A stretch of DNA of 64,000 bases from an uncultured bacterium. GTDB taxonomy: Bacteria > Krumholzibacteriota > Krumholzibacteriia > Krumholzibacteriales > Krumholzibacteriaceae. Made by a program: the position numbers and the translations under genes. The notes beneath the pieces are model-generated. The model was not told where the DNA came from. It made no database searches and saw only the letters and a list, made by a program, of their open reading frames with translations. Where the stretch lies: contig CAWBAN010000001.1 of NCBI GenBank assembly GCA_963786935.1, positions 32,001 to 96,000 on the forward strand, given 5' to 3'. Of this stretch, positions 9,290 through 19,539 are shown one piece after another. Within the stretch, counting starts at the first letter, position 1. Every line of letters starts with the position of its first letter.

Positions 9290-11873
9290 ATGAACAACGC
9301 GGAGATGATTCGCACATATTTGGTCGAGATCGAAGACCTGCAGAGGCGCGGGGAGTACGTGCAGAGCTACGAGCGCGCGAAGCAGGTCGTCTCTTTGTGC
9401 GAATCGGGCGAACGCGCCGGGATCGATCCGGCGACGCGCGGCGAGGCGCTCGTTCTCGCGGCGCGGAGCGCCTACTACGTCACGAGCTTCGACGAGGCGC
9501 TGGCCCTCTGCGACGCCGCGGAGGCGGTTCTCGGCGCCGAGGCCGCGCTTGCGGCGGCCGAGGCCGCGCCGAAGGGCGATCCCGCGCTCGCGGCCGCCGA
9601 GATTCCCGGGCGGGCCGCGCGTCTCTTCTCGTCCGCGCTCGTGCGGGCGAACGTGCTCGCGCCGCCGCGGCGACCTGCGCGGGGCGCTGGACATCCTCGA
9701 GCCGTACCGTCGGGCCGCCATGGGGGAGTATCCCGCGCTGCTCGTATCCGAGCGGCTCCTCATCGAGGGCGCCTGCCGTTTCTATCTCAACGACATCCAA
9801 GCGGCCGAGGAGAGCCTCGAGGCGGCGCTCGGGCTTGCGACCCATTACTCCGACGCGAGAATGAAATCCCGCGTCCTCATCATGCTCGGCCTCGTCGCGC
9901 AGAACAAGGGGCTCCACGAGGCCGCGCTCGAGTACTACGACCGCGCGAAGGATCTCTGCCGCGCCGCCGCGGATCGTTACGGCGAAGCGGCCGCCGCGCT
10001 CGATGCCGGCATTCTCCTCTACCGGCGCGGGAGGTTCGAAAGCGCCGCGCGGCGGATCGAGCGCGCCCGGGAGATCTTCGCGAGCATCGGCTGGAGCGTC
10101 GGGCTCTGCCGGTCGCTCCTCGCTCTCGGAACCGTCGCGACGAACCGGGGAGAATATGCGCGCGCCGTGCGATGCTTCCACGGCGCCGGGCGCGTCGCCG
10201 CGCAGGGCGGATTCGCCCGGGAGCGGGCGCTGGCACGCGAGTATCTCGGCGACGTGCATCTCGAGCGCGGCAGGCTCGAGACCGCGGAGAGGCGCTACGC
10301 CGACGCGCTCAGCATCGCCGAGGGCATCGCGCCCGACGGAGACATCGTGCTCGAGATCGAGCGGCGTCTCGGCGAGCTTCATCTCGCGAAGGGTGATTCG
10401 GCGGCGGCGCTCTCGCACCTGCGCAGAGGGCTCAGGCTGGCCCAGCGGCTCGAGAACGAGCTCGAGAAGGGGGCCATCCTGCGGTGCATGGGGCGCGTGG
10501 CATTCGCCCTCGGGGAGCGCCCGCGCGGGATCACGCTCTTCAGGAAGGCGGCCGGCACGCTCCAGCGGGCGGGCTGCGACTTCGAGCTCGGGAAGACGCA
10601 CGTGGCGTTCGCCGAGATTCTGCTCGCGAGCGGCGACGCGCTCGACGATGCGTGGGAGAGCGCGGTGGAGGCGGGGCACATCTTCGGGACGATCGAGAGC
10701 GAGGTGTGGAGGGCCGCCGCCGGGCGCTGCATCGACCGTGTCGCCGAGCGGCGCGGGAGGCGCTGCCGGCCCGATCCTGTTCTGCGGGGCGGCGGGAAGG
10801 CCATCAAGATCGAATATTCTCCGGAATTCGCGCGGCACGAGGGATACGTCGCCGTCTCGGAGGCGATGCTCGATCTGTACGAGAAGGTGCGGTTCGCCGC
10901 CGCGTTCGACCGCCCCGTGCTCGTGACGGGCGAGACGGGGACCGGCAAGGAGCTCGTGGCCCGGATGATCCACGCGATGAGCGCGCGGGGCCGCCGCCCG
11001 TTCGTCCCCCTGAACTGCGCGTCGGTGCCCGATCATCTCTTCGAGAGCGAATTCTTCGGACACCGCCGCGGATGCTTCACCGGCGCTCTCATGGACCGGA
11101 TCGGCCTCTTCGAAGAGGCGAGCGGCGGCACGCTCTTCCTCGACGAGGTCGGCGAGCTCACGACGCTCCAGCAGGTGAAGCTGCTGCGCGTGCTGCAGGA
11201 GGGGAAGATCCGCAGGGTCGGCGAGAACCGCGAGCGGCCGGTGAACGTGCGTATCGTCTCGGCGACGAACCAGAATCTCGAAGAGAAGCTCGGCAAGGCC
11301 TCCCTGCGGGAGGATTTCTACTACCGCATCAACGCGGAGCACCTCGTCGTGCCGCCGCTTCGCGAGCGGCGCGAGGACATCGTGCCCCTCGTCGCGTACT
11401 GTCTCTGCGCGTGCGCTCCCGAGGGGCGGCGGGTCGCGCGGATCGAAGAGGCCGCGCTGAAATGCCTGCAGCGCTACTCGTGGCCCGGGAACGTCCGGGA
11501 GCTCTTCGCCGTGCTCGAGCGCGCGAGATACATCTCGAGCGGCGAGGTCGTCACGCTCGATATGCTGCCGGAGCGAATCAAAACGCGGATCGGCGCCCCG
11601 GAGCTCGTTCCGGTGCGGCTCGGGAGGCTCGAACGAGGCGCGGGCGGACCGGGAGGAGCATGGTCGGGTGCCGCGGGGCCGGGCGCGACCGGGCCGGGCG
11701 CCGACGCGCGGGGCGAGCGATCGCAGCGGCTGCGTCGTGCCCTCGACATGTGCGGCGGGAACAAAAGCGCCGCGGCGCGGTGGCTCGGCGTATCGCGCGG
11801 CACGATCTACAAGGAGCTCAGGCGCGCGGGGCTCTTCGACGCGACCAACCATCGAAACCGCATCAGACCGTAA
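9290..11873 (+). CDS. TPR-repeat sigma54-dependent activator, split by a +1 frameshift at about 9659
   Basis: Frame 1 ...VRANVL joins frame 2 RRRGDLRGAL... if G9659 is removed; many TPR helices; GETGTGKE, GCFTGA, FLDEVGE, WPGNVREL, HTH. Confidence 0.85.
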
Positions 11874-11957
11874 ATCCCGTGGACATCGATGAACGATTCG
11901 AGCGGCAGCGCCAAGCGCGTTGCGTTTGTGTGCGATAACGTCGCGACGGCGTTCGAG

Positions 11958-11975
11958 GCGTGAACAGCGTGAACA
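11958..11975 (+). promoter_or_regulatory. direct repeat GCGTGAACA x2, candidate enhancer
   Basis: Tandem 9-mers about 135-150 bp upstream of the -24/-12-like site at 12110. Confidence 0.35.
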
Positions 11976-12109
11976 AACGCGCGCGGATGCTCGTCGGCGC
12001 CTGCAAAACTATCTGCGATCCCTGCGATAGGGAGCGGAGATAACTGCATATTATTCGATAGATTGGCCGGCCGAGAAATTTCCCCCGTAATCGCGCGCGA
12101 TGCGAAGGA

Positions 12110-12125
12110 TGGCATGAAGTATGTT
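12110..12125 (+). promoter_or_regulatory. sigma54-like promoter with variant -12 element
   Basis: TGGCATGAAGTATGTT = GG-N10-GT, upstream of the beta-barrel gene. Confidence 0.3.
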
Positions 12126-12293
12126 ATTGCATACAAGCAAAAGAACCATTCACAGCTGCGGTTCGCTACCTTGTCCCCCCATCGCGCAACCGTACCGTAG
12201 CAGGGATGGTTCTTTTTTCATGACATCGAATCTCCGCGAAATGTATACTCTTCCATTATCGGCCCATTGGTCTTGCCGAATGGAGGAACAATC

Positions 12294-13112
12294 ATGAAGA
12301 GATGCCTCGTGCTCGTGCTGGCGGGTCTGCTGCTGTTTCCCTTTTCCTCGGCGCTCGGCGCGGGAATGAAGGGAAAATTCGGCATCAGCGGTCGCGGCGG
12401 TCTCAGCTTTCCTCTGGGGGGATTCGCGGAGGATGGCAACTTCGCGACGTCGTTTTCGGATTCGCTCTTTCAGACCGGCATGAGGGAAAAGGGATCCGCG
12501 AACATGGGCTACGGCCTCGGATTCGACGTGGAGTACTACGTGACCGACAATATCGCCATCGGAGGGTATTTCGACTACCAGGGCTTCGGTATGGACCTCG
12601 ACGCGATGCAAGCGGACGTCGATGCCGCCATTCCGGACGAGGTCGAAGGTTTGACGATCGATATGGAGGGAGATCACCACATCACGACCTTCGGCGTATT
12701 CGGAAAATACGCATTCGACGCCTCTCCCAAGCTCTCTCCGTTCCTGAAACTCGGCCTCGGGATGGGGACGCTGAGCTCGGCGATCGATATGACGTTCGAA
12801 TACACGGGTGGCGATCCGCCCCTGAGCATGTTCCTGGACGGGGAACGGGACAGCGGCATGAGACTCAGTTTCGACGTCGGCGGCGGGATCATGTATCAGC
12901 TTTCCGGGAGTTTTTGGATCACCGGAGAATTGCGCTACCGGCATCTGGCCACGGATGGGGCGGACGGGGATGTCGACGTGATCGTTACCGCCGAATCAGG
13001 GACCATGAAGCGGCAGCTCCTCCATCAGGAATGGGATGACGAGTACGATTACAGCGCGGACAGGCTCGACGCCTATCTCGGTCTCTCGTTCTTCTTCGGA
13101 GGCGCAAAGTAG
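12294..13112 (+). CDS. outer-membrane beta-barrel protein (OmpA-like/porin family)
   Basis: GGAGG RBS; signal peptide; alternating aromatic beta-strands; C-terminal YLGLSFFF. Confidence 0.8.
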   Translation: MKRCLVLVLAGLLLFPFSSALGAGMKGKFGISGRGGLSFPLGGFAEDGNFATSFSDSLFQTGMREKGSANMGYGLGFDVEYYVTDNIAIGGYFDYQGFGMDLDAMQADVDAAIPDEVEGLTIDMEGDHHITTFGVFGKYAFDASPKLSPFLKLGLGMGTLSSAIDMTFEYTGGDPPLSMFLDGERDSGMRLSFDVGGGIMYQLSGSFWITGELRYRHLATDGADGDVDVIVTAESGTMKRQLLHQEWDDEYDYSADRLDAYLGLSFFFGGAK

Positions 13113-13115
13113 CGC

Positions 13116-14207
13116 ATGAGCGAAAATCGTTTCTTCAGCGTGCTCTTCATTGCGCTCTCCATCGGGCTTTCCGGCGGGGCGAGGGCCGATACCGGCATCG
13201 CCCTCACGCTCGAGAGCGCCGACCGTCTCGTCCAGCTTCCGCTGAAGTGCATGCAGCGGGAGTTCCCCAACAAGCCGGGGGAGACCCTCGCGCGGGCTGC
13301 CGACATCGGCTCGCCGCAGAACCTGCACCCGGCCTTCTACGGCTGCTTCGACTGGCATTCATCGGTGCACGGGCACTGGATGCTGGTGAAACTGCTCAAG
13401 ACGTTTCCCGATTTGAAGGACAGGGACCTGATCCGCGCGAAGCTCGCCGAGAACCTGAGCGTGGAGCATATAGGCGGCGAGGTGGACTATTTCTTGCGGA
13501 TGGAGGAGAAGTCGTTCGAGCGGACCTACGGTTGGGCCTGGCTCTTGAAGCTTGCCGAGGAGCTCCACACGTTCGACGATCCTTTGGCCCGGGAGCTCGA
13601 GGGGAATCTGCGGCCGCTGACCGATCTCGTCGTGCAGCGCCACCTGGAGTTTCTACCGAAGCTCCTCTATCCCGTTCGTGTCGGCGAGCACAGCAACACG
13701 GCCTTCGCGCTCTGCTTCGCGTGGGATTATGCGAGCGCGACCGGGAACATCGAGCTCCGGGCGCTCCTCGAAAAGCGGGCGAAGGACTTCTTCCTGCGCG
13801 ACAAGGGCTGTCCGCTCGGCTGGGAGCCGAGCGGATTCGATTTCCTCTCGCCGTGCCTCGAAGAGGCTGATCTCATGCGCCGCGTGCTCCCGAAGAAAGA
13901 GTTCGCCGTCTGGCTGAAGACGTTTCTCCCGCGGCTTTCGGACAAGAAATTCTCCCTCGCTCCCGGCGAGGTCTCGGATCGCGCGGACGGAAAGCTCGTC
14001 CACCTCGACGGCCTCAACTTCAGCCGCGCGTGGTGCCTGTACGGCATCGCCGGCGAGATCGAAGGATACGGACACCTGAGAGCGGTCGCCGATCGGCACA
14101 TGCGTGCTTCGCTCGCGGCGATCACCGCGGGATCGTACGAGGGGGAGCATTGGCTCGCGTCGTTCGCCATATACGCCTTGTCGTGCGCTCCGGAGTCCCA
14201 TGAATAG
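13116..14207 (+). CDS. DUF2891 family secreted protein
   Basis: HPAFYGCFDWHSSVHGHW, FERTYGWAW, HLDGLNFSRAW, YEGEHWLASFA. Confidence 0.8.
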   Translation: MSENRFFSVLFIALSIGLSGGARADTGIALTLESADRLVQLPLKCMQREFPNKPGETLARAADIGSPQNLHPAFYGCFDWHSSVHGHWMLVKLLKTFPDLKDRDLIRAKLAENLSVEHIGGEVDYFLRMEEKSFERTYGWAWLLKLAEELHTFDDPLARELEGNLRPLTDLVVQRHLEFLPKLLYPVRVGEHSNTAFALCFAWDYASATGNIELRALLEKRAKDFFLRDKGCPLGWEPSGFDFLSPCLEEADLMRRVLPKKEFAVWLKTFLPRLSDKKFSLAPGEVSDRADGKLVHLDGLNFSRAWCLYGIAGEIEGYGHLRAVADRHMRASLAAITAGSYEGEHWLASFAIYALSCAPESHE

Positions 14208-15843
14208 TCATTTCAATTTTCTGATCGATGGCGGCATCGTCGGGCTCTATCTGCTCGGCACCATGATCGCGGGCATCATGGTGCGCAAGTACGTGTCCAA
14301 GGTAGAGCACTTCATCGTCGCCGGCCGCGAGATGAACGTATACCTCGGCATCGCGTCGCTGGCCGCCACCGAGTTCGGCATCGTCACCGCGATGTACACG
14401 GCGCAGGCCGGATACACGCGCGGCTTCGCCGGGGCGATCCCCGGGATCTGCTCGGCGCTCGCCATGTTCGCCGTGGGATACACCGGCTTCTGCGTGAAGA
14501 AGCTCCGCGACTCGGGCGTGATGACCATCCCCGAGCTCTTCGAGCAGCGGTACGGCCCGTTCGTGCGCTGGCTCGCGGGCGTCGTGATCGTGCTCGGCGG
14601 GCTCTTGAACATGGGCGTGTTCCTCAGGGTCGGCGGGCAGTTCCTCGTCGTCTGCTGCGGCATGAACCTCCAGTATCTCGAGCTCACCATGACCGCGCTC
14701 CTGATCGCGGTGATGATCTACACGATCATGGGCGGGATGCTCTCCGTGCTCGTCACCGATTTTCTCCAGTTCGTCGTGATGAGCGCGGGGCTCCTCATTA
14801 TCACGTTTCTCGTGCTCGGCAGGCTCGGATGGGGCACGCTCACGGAAACGGTGAGCGCGCACTACGGGGCGGGCGGCTTCAATCCCTTCGTCGCCAAGGG
14901 GCTCGGCTGGCCGTTCGTCGTCTCCAATATCCTGACGAACACGGCGGCGGTGCTCACGTGGCAGGCGGTCATCGCGCGGCTCCTCGCGTCGAGGGACAGC
15001 GACACAGGCCGCAAGGTCTATCAGGGAACGGCATTCTTCTTCGTGTCCCGCTGGATGATTCCGGGCATATGGGGGATCGCCGCCCTGGCGGTGGTCACCC
15101 CCGACGTGGTGGCCCGCATCGGGCTCCAGTTCGGCGAGAGCGACGGCTCGCTCTTCGCCATGCCGTATCTCCTGAGCCAGATCGTCCCCGCGGGGCTGAT
15201 GGGACTCCTCGTCGCCGCGATGCTCGCCGCTGACATGAGTACGGACTCGTCCTACATGCTCACGTGGGGGAGCGTGATCTACAACGACATTCTGGCGCCT
15301 CTTCGCAGGAAGACGCCCTGGTCCGAGAAGAAGGGCATTCTCTGGAACCGGTGCATCATCGCCGTCATCGGCGTGTATCTCCTCTTCTGGGGGCTGTGGT
15401 ACCGGCTCGAAGGGAACCTCTGGGAGTACTGCCAGACCACGGGCACGATCTACCTCGCCAGCATGTCCATTCTCCTGATCGGGAGCGTCTACTGGAAACG
15501 GGCGAACAACTGGGGCGCGATCGCCGCGATCGTCGTCGGCGCCGTGCTGCCCGTGCTCTCGTTGACGCTGAATCTATTCGTCACGGTTCAGGTGCCTATG
15601 CTGGATGCGAGTGGATTGCAGGTCATTCAGGACGGGCAGGCGCTCATGCAGACGATGGGCTGGGCGCGGCATCACGTCGGCGACAACTTCGTGAACATCG
15701 GGACGTACGTTCTCGTGGCCGTGGCCATGATCGTCGGATCGCTGCTCAAGCCGCGCCGCGGGAAGGGCGGAAGCGGAGCGGCCGATGCGGCCGACGGTAT
15801 GGCGGGCACGGCCGGTCCCGCGGTGAAAGGAGTCCCCGCATGA
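14200..15843 (+). CDS. sodium:solute symporter (SSS family)
   Basis: Multi-TM protein; F.VAGR, TIPELFEQRYG, GGMLSVLVTD, AAMLAADMST; start at MNSH (14200). Confidence 0.85.
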   Translation: MNSHFNFLIDGGIVGLYLLGTMIAGIMVRKYVSKVEHFIVAGREMNVYLGIASLAATEFGIVTAMYTAQAGYTRGFAGAIPGICSALAMFAVGYTGFCVKKLRDSGVMTIPELFEQRYGPFVRWLAGVVIVLGGLLNMGVFLRVGGQFLVVCCGMNLQYLELTMTALLIAVMIYTIMGGMLSVLVTDFLQFVVMSAGLLIITFLVLGRLGWGTLTETVSAHYGAGGFNPFVAKGLGWPFVVSNILTNTAAVLTWQAVIARLLASRDSDTGRKVYQGTAFFFVSRWMIPGIWGIAALAVVTPDVVARIGLQFGESDGSLFAMPYLLSQIVPAGLMGLLVAAMLAADMSTDSSYMLTWGSVIYNDILAPLRRKTPWSEKKGILWNRCIIAVIGVYLLFWGLWYRLEGNLWEYCQTTGTIYLASMSILLIGSVYWKRANNWGAIAAIVVGAVLPVLSLTLNLFVTVQVPMLDASGLQVIQDGQALMQTMGWARHHVGDNFVNIGTYVLVAVAMIVGSLLKPRRGKGGSGAADAADGMAGTAGPAVKGVPA

Positions 15844-15992
15844 TCGTCGTCGACATGCTCAAGGGCCATCCATTCTGGGGTCTTCTGACGATCGCCGTGC
15901 TCGTGTGGTACTCCACCATCACCGTCTACGTCGCCATCCGGGGCTCGTTCGATATCAGGGAGATGTTCAGGCGCCTTTCAACGCGAAAATGA
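15840..15992 (+). CDS. small single-TM protein, likely SSS accessory subunit
   Basis: ATGA overlap with the SSS stop; MIVVDMLKGHPFWGLLTIAVLVWYSTITVYVAIRGSFDIREMFRRLSTRK. Confidence 0.6.
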   Translation: MIVVDMLKGHPFWGLLTIAVLVWYSTITVYVAIRGSFDIREMFRRLSTRK

Positions 15993-16689
15993 GTGAGCGC
16001 ACGGCGTCGGCAGTCACGACTTGACGCGGCGCTGAGAAGAGCGGGGAATCGATCCCTGAGATCCTGCGGCTCACGCCTCCTCCGACATGCAGAGCGCAAG
16101 CCCCCGTGGCAGCGGCGACGCGCGCGGCGTTGGCCGGAGTCAGGCCGGCGCCGGCCATGATAGCGATGCGTCCGGCGGAACGCCGAACGAGGTCGGCGAT
16201 GAGCTCCCGGCCCTGCTCGGCGGACGGCGCCTGACCGGACGTCAGCAGGGTGTCCGCGCCGGCTTCAATAATATCTTCCAGCGCAACGAGCGGATCGCGC
16301 GCGACATCGAATGCCCGGTTGAACGTCACATGCAGGGGGCGGGCGCGCGCGATCAGGGCGCACAGCCGTTCACGATCCACGTCTCCTTCGCCCGTGAGGA
16401 CGCCGACGACAACGCCGTTCGCGCCAGCTCGTTTCGCGGCGTCGATATCGCGCTCGATGACACGGATTTCGCCCGTGGAGTACACGAAATCCCCGGCGTG
16501 GGGGCGGATGAGAATATGGAGCGGCAGCGAGCAGGCCGCGCGGACCTCTTCGATCGTACCGAGGCTCGGCGTCGTCCCGCCGCGGGGCAGATCGGCGCAG
16601 AGCTCGATGCGGTCCGCGCCTCCTTCCTGCGCGGCGATCGCTGACTCGACGGAGTCGAGGCACACTTCGATAAGGACGCGGTTCTTCAT
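15967..16689 (-). CDS. cutC: CutC family TIM-barrel protein
   Basis: IEVC.DS, GADRIELC, GGTTPS, IRPHAGDF.Y, FNRAFD, LTSG, AGAG; ATGA-coupled to the upstream gene. Confidence 0.9.
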   Translation of the reverse strand: MKNRVLIEVCLDSVESAIAAQEGGADRIELCADLPRGGTTPSLGTIEEVRAACSLPLHILIRPHAGDFVYSTGEIRVIERDIDAAKRAGANGVVVGVLTGEGDVDRERLCALIARARPLHVTFNRAFDVARDPLVALEDIIEAGADTLLTSGQAPSAEQGRELIADLVRRSAGRIAIMAGAGLTPANAARVAAATGACALHVGGGVSRRISGIDSPLFSAPRQVVTADAVRSLIFALKGA

Positions 16690-19442
16690 TTTGTCGCGAT
16701 CTTTATCTCTCGAAGATATTGTGTCCGGCGCGTTTCTCCGGCGGGCCATGCCTGGGGCGGCAACACTCTCGTTCCGGACGGCTTCGCGAGCTCAAAGGAG
16801 ATCTCATGCATAGGGTGTCGCGGATTTGCGACGAGCCAGACCTGCGCCGTGCCGGTCCATGCGCCGTCCGCGGTGCTCGGAGTCACGCGCAGAATCGCGT
16901 CGACAAGGCCTATCGGAAGCGGCACCGTCCACCACTGCGACCGGCCTTCCTGCGGCTCGGCATTCGCCGTAGCGGGAGCCCCGTTCATCTCCACCGACAG
17001 CATGGGCTTCTCCTTGGCGCCGCAGCCCGCCGCGGGGGAGAGAAGGATTGCAAGCGTCGCGCTCGCCAGTTTTGGCTGGAGCACAAGTGTCGCTATTGCA
17101 GTGGCTTCGTTCCCTTGCACCAGCGAGATGCCGCCAAGAATCACAGAACCCGGCAACGAATCCGGCACACATGTGAGTGATTCGACCAACACAGGGGTTC
17201 CGTCGTGCTTCATCGAGCGTACCGCGCCCGGATTCAGAAGAATCGCATTTGGCGCCCCGTCGTGGTACCGGATCGTGCGCTCGTGCCCATTTTCGGCAAC
17301 GACGTCGAATATGATGCCGGCGACGAGCGGCTCCGTGGCCTCCGCAATTGGATAGAGCTCGTAGACGGCAGTTTCGAAGCCGTCGAGCGCGAGATCGATT
17401 TTATCTCCGGCCTTATAGAGGCGAGGCGAAATCCATCGCGTCGGATAGACGCGCTCGAGCACAAGGTCGGCCGCGCCGGCGGCGAGGCCGTGCGCGGCGG
17501 CGAGCTCCACGGCAAGGGCGGCCGGCTGGATCACGGGGTTTCGCGCGGCGACGATGCCCCGCGATCCCTTGAAATGAACCCACGCGTAGGGCTCCCCTTT
17601 CATGGGGTCGCCGCCGACCATCTCGGTGTTCATGAGAATCGGGAAGCGGTCGTGCGCCCACGCCATCGACTTCGATATCGCGGCCCATTCTCCATCGCTG
17701 AGAATATCGGGGGAGATGTAGAGCTCGTACATCGCAACGCCGCGGGCGAAGTAGAGGAGCACGTCGTCCGTGAACTTGTCGAGCGGCTCGGTCTCGACGC
17801 CGACCGAGAAGTCCTTTCCCTTGATGATGCCGTGCGTCATTAGGTTCGCGATGGGGAACCACCGATTCTGGTTGCGGAAATCGTCATAGAGGACGAAATC
17901 GCGATAGGTGATGGAGCCGTCGCGCTTGCTGATCGACGGCACGTCGGCGAAGCCGTAGTCCATTCCCTGCATCCAGATCGTGTTCGCATAGCGCACCCAC
18001 CACGGGCTGAGCCACGTGCCCGAGGAGATGTTGAGAAAGATGTCCGGCCGCTTTTCGCGCACGGCGCGGCACATCCCGGCGACCGATTCCATCACGGCGC
18101 GCCGGGAGTAGATATCGGTCGCGTGGCCGTGATCGGGTTCGCTGCACGAGAATTGGATTCCGTCCCACTTGAAATATCCCACGCCGTCGCGCGCGACGAG
18201 ATCGGTCACGCGGCGGCGAAGGAGCGCTCCGTACTTGGCGCCCCCCACGCAGAGCATGTCGCCGACCGTCTCGTAGCCGTGCTCCTTCATCCACGAGAGG
18301 CGCCGGTTATGGAAGGAATAGCCGCCGGTGGGGCCGAACCAGACGCCGAGATGCATACCGGTCTTTTCGAGCTCGTTCGCGAGCGGCTTGAATCCGTTCG
18401 GCCACTGCTCCTTCCGGATCTCCCAGTCGCTGTCGTAGACGTCCCAGCCGTCGTCGAGGACGAAGGCGTCGAACTTGATTCCGTGCGTTTTCATTTTATC
18501 GCGGAGCACGCCCGCCATGGCGAGGCACGTCTTCTCGCTCATCACGCGATCGGTGGACCAGCGGGGATATTCGGGAGAACGAAGATCGTACCACGTGTTG
18601 TAGAGCGAAAAGGGACGAAGGGGAGCCACGCGCACGCGATCGAGGTACGAGAAGAACCACTTCTTGACGTGCGGGTCGGGGGTGAGCCCCGCGACGACCC
18701 AGTCGCTCACGAGCCACTCCGTGCCGATGAGGAAGCCGTATTCCTGTCCGCAGCGCAGGCCGTGCGATCCGCCGGCCGCCGGCCCGATGTGGTTCTCGGC
18801 CGCCGGGTATTCGACGCCGAAGAAAGCGCCGCCTCGCTCCATGAGCACCGCGACGGGTTGGCCGAATCCGCCCTCTTTTGCGACTGATGTGACGCCCCCG
18901 ATCGCGCCGCGCCTCGGCCAGAACCAGCGCAGGAGATGATGGCCGAATGTCGTATCGCGCACGGCGAGGCTTCGTTTCACGTAGAAGGCGTCGGGCTCGA
19001 GGCGGTACGTGATACGGAGCTCGATCGGATGATTCACGCCGGCGCATGTGAGCACGAGCTCCTTCGCGGGGCCATCGGCGCGGGTCTCGGTTGTGACGAC
19101 GGTGAAATCCTTCTTCGTGAAAAGCACCGGATTGTCGGCGTTATCGATCATTCCCGGCGCGGACCAGTCGGTGAACATGACGTCGATCGCGAAGTCGGCG
19201 TCGAGCGCGAGCGAAGGCGGCGCGGACGCCTCGCGCCAGAGCGGCGTGCCGGGCAGAAGCTCGATACGTTCGGCGCCGAGTGCGTCGTTCTCGATCTGCA
19301 CCGAGCAGCGGATGATGGTGTTGTCGAGATGGCGGGGACTCGCTTTCTGGGCGCTCGCCGGCCGCGGCGGGAGAGAGGCGGCCGTCAGCAGCGTGAGGAT
19401 AATGGTCCCGGCTATCGTCGCGGGCCGGACGTATCGTTTCAT
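16686..19442 (-). CDS. secreted alpha-galactosidase-like glycoside hydrolase (GH36/clan D-like)
   Basis: Signal peptide; YNTWYD, FVLDDGWD, WPNG, GVWFGP, YFKWDG (candidate nucleophile). Confidence 0.7.
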   Translation of the reverse strand: MKRYVRPATIAGTIILTLLTAASLPPRPASAQKASPRHLDNTIIRCSVQIENDALGAERIELLPGTPLWREASAPPSLALDADFAIDVMFTDWSAPGMIDNADNPVLFTKKDFTVVTTETRADGPAKELVLTCAGVNHPIELRITYRLEPDAFYVKRSLAVRDTTFGHHLLRWFWPRRGAIGGVTSVAKEGGFGQPVAVLMERGGAFFGVEYPAAENHIGPAAGGSHGLRCGQEYGFLIGTEWLVSDWVVAGLTPDPHVKKWFFSYLDRVRVAPLRPFSLYNTWYDLRSPEYPRWSTDRVMSEKTCLAMAGVLRDKMKTHGIKFDAFVLDDGWDVYDSDWEIRKEQWPNGFKPLANELEKTGMHLGVWFGPTGGYSFHNRRLSWMKEHGYETVGDMLCVGGAKYGALLRRRVTDLVARDGVGYFKWDGIQFSCSEPDHGHATDIYSRRAVMESVAGMCRAVREKRPDIFLNISSGTWLSPWWVRYANTIWMQGMDYGFADVPSISKRDGSITYRDFVLYDDFRNQNRWFPIANLMTHGIIKGKDFSVGVETEPLDKFTDDVLLYFARGVAMYELYISPDILSDGEWAAISKSMAWAHDRFPILMNTEMVGGDPMKGEPYAWVHFKGSRGIVAARNPVIQPAALAVELAAAHGLAAGAADLVLERVYPTRWISPRLYKAGDKIDLALDGFETAVYELYPIAEATEPLVAGIIFDVVAENGHERTIRYHDGAPNAILLNPGAVRSMKHDGTPVLVESLTCVPDSLPGSVILGGISLVQGNEATAIATLVLQPKLASATLAILLSPAAGCGAKEKPMLSVEMNGAPATANAEPQEGRSQWWTVPLPIGLVDAILRVTPSTADGAWTGTAQVWLVANPRHPMHEISFELAKPSGTRVLPPQAWPAGETRRTQYLREIKIATK

Positions 19443-19539
19443 TATTCCGCTCCTTTCCTGTTCCACTGAAGGGCAGGATATCATATGCTACGGGCTCGAA
19501 TGAAGGCTCAATTGGCGGCGCCGGAATGGCGCCGCCGGC

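Noticed and set aside
11640..11720. Gly/Ala-rich micro-repeats in the bEBP linker (also 30290-30400)
   Set aside because: Ordinary low-complexity linkers, unrelated to the palindromic element
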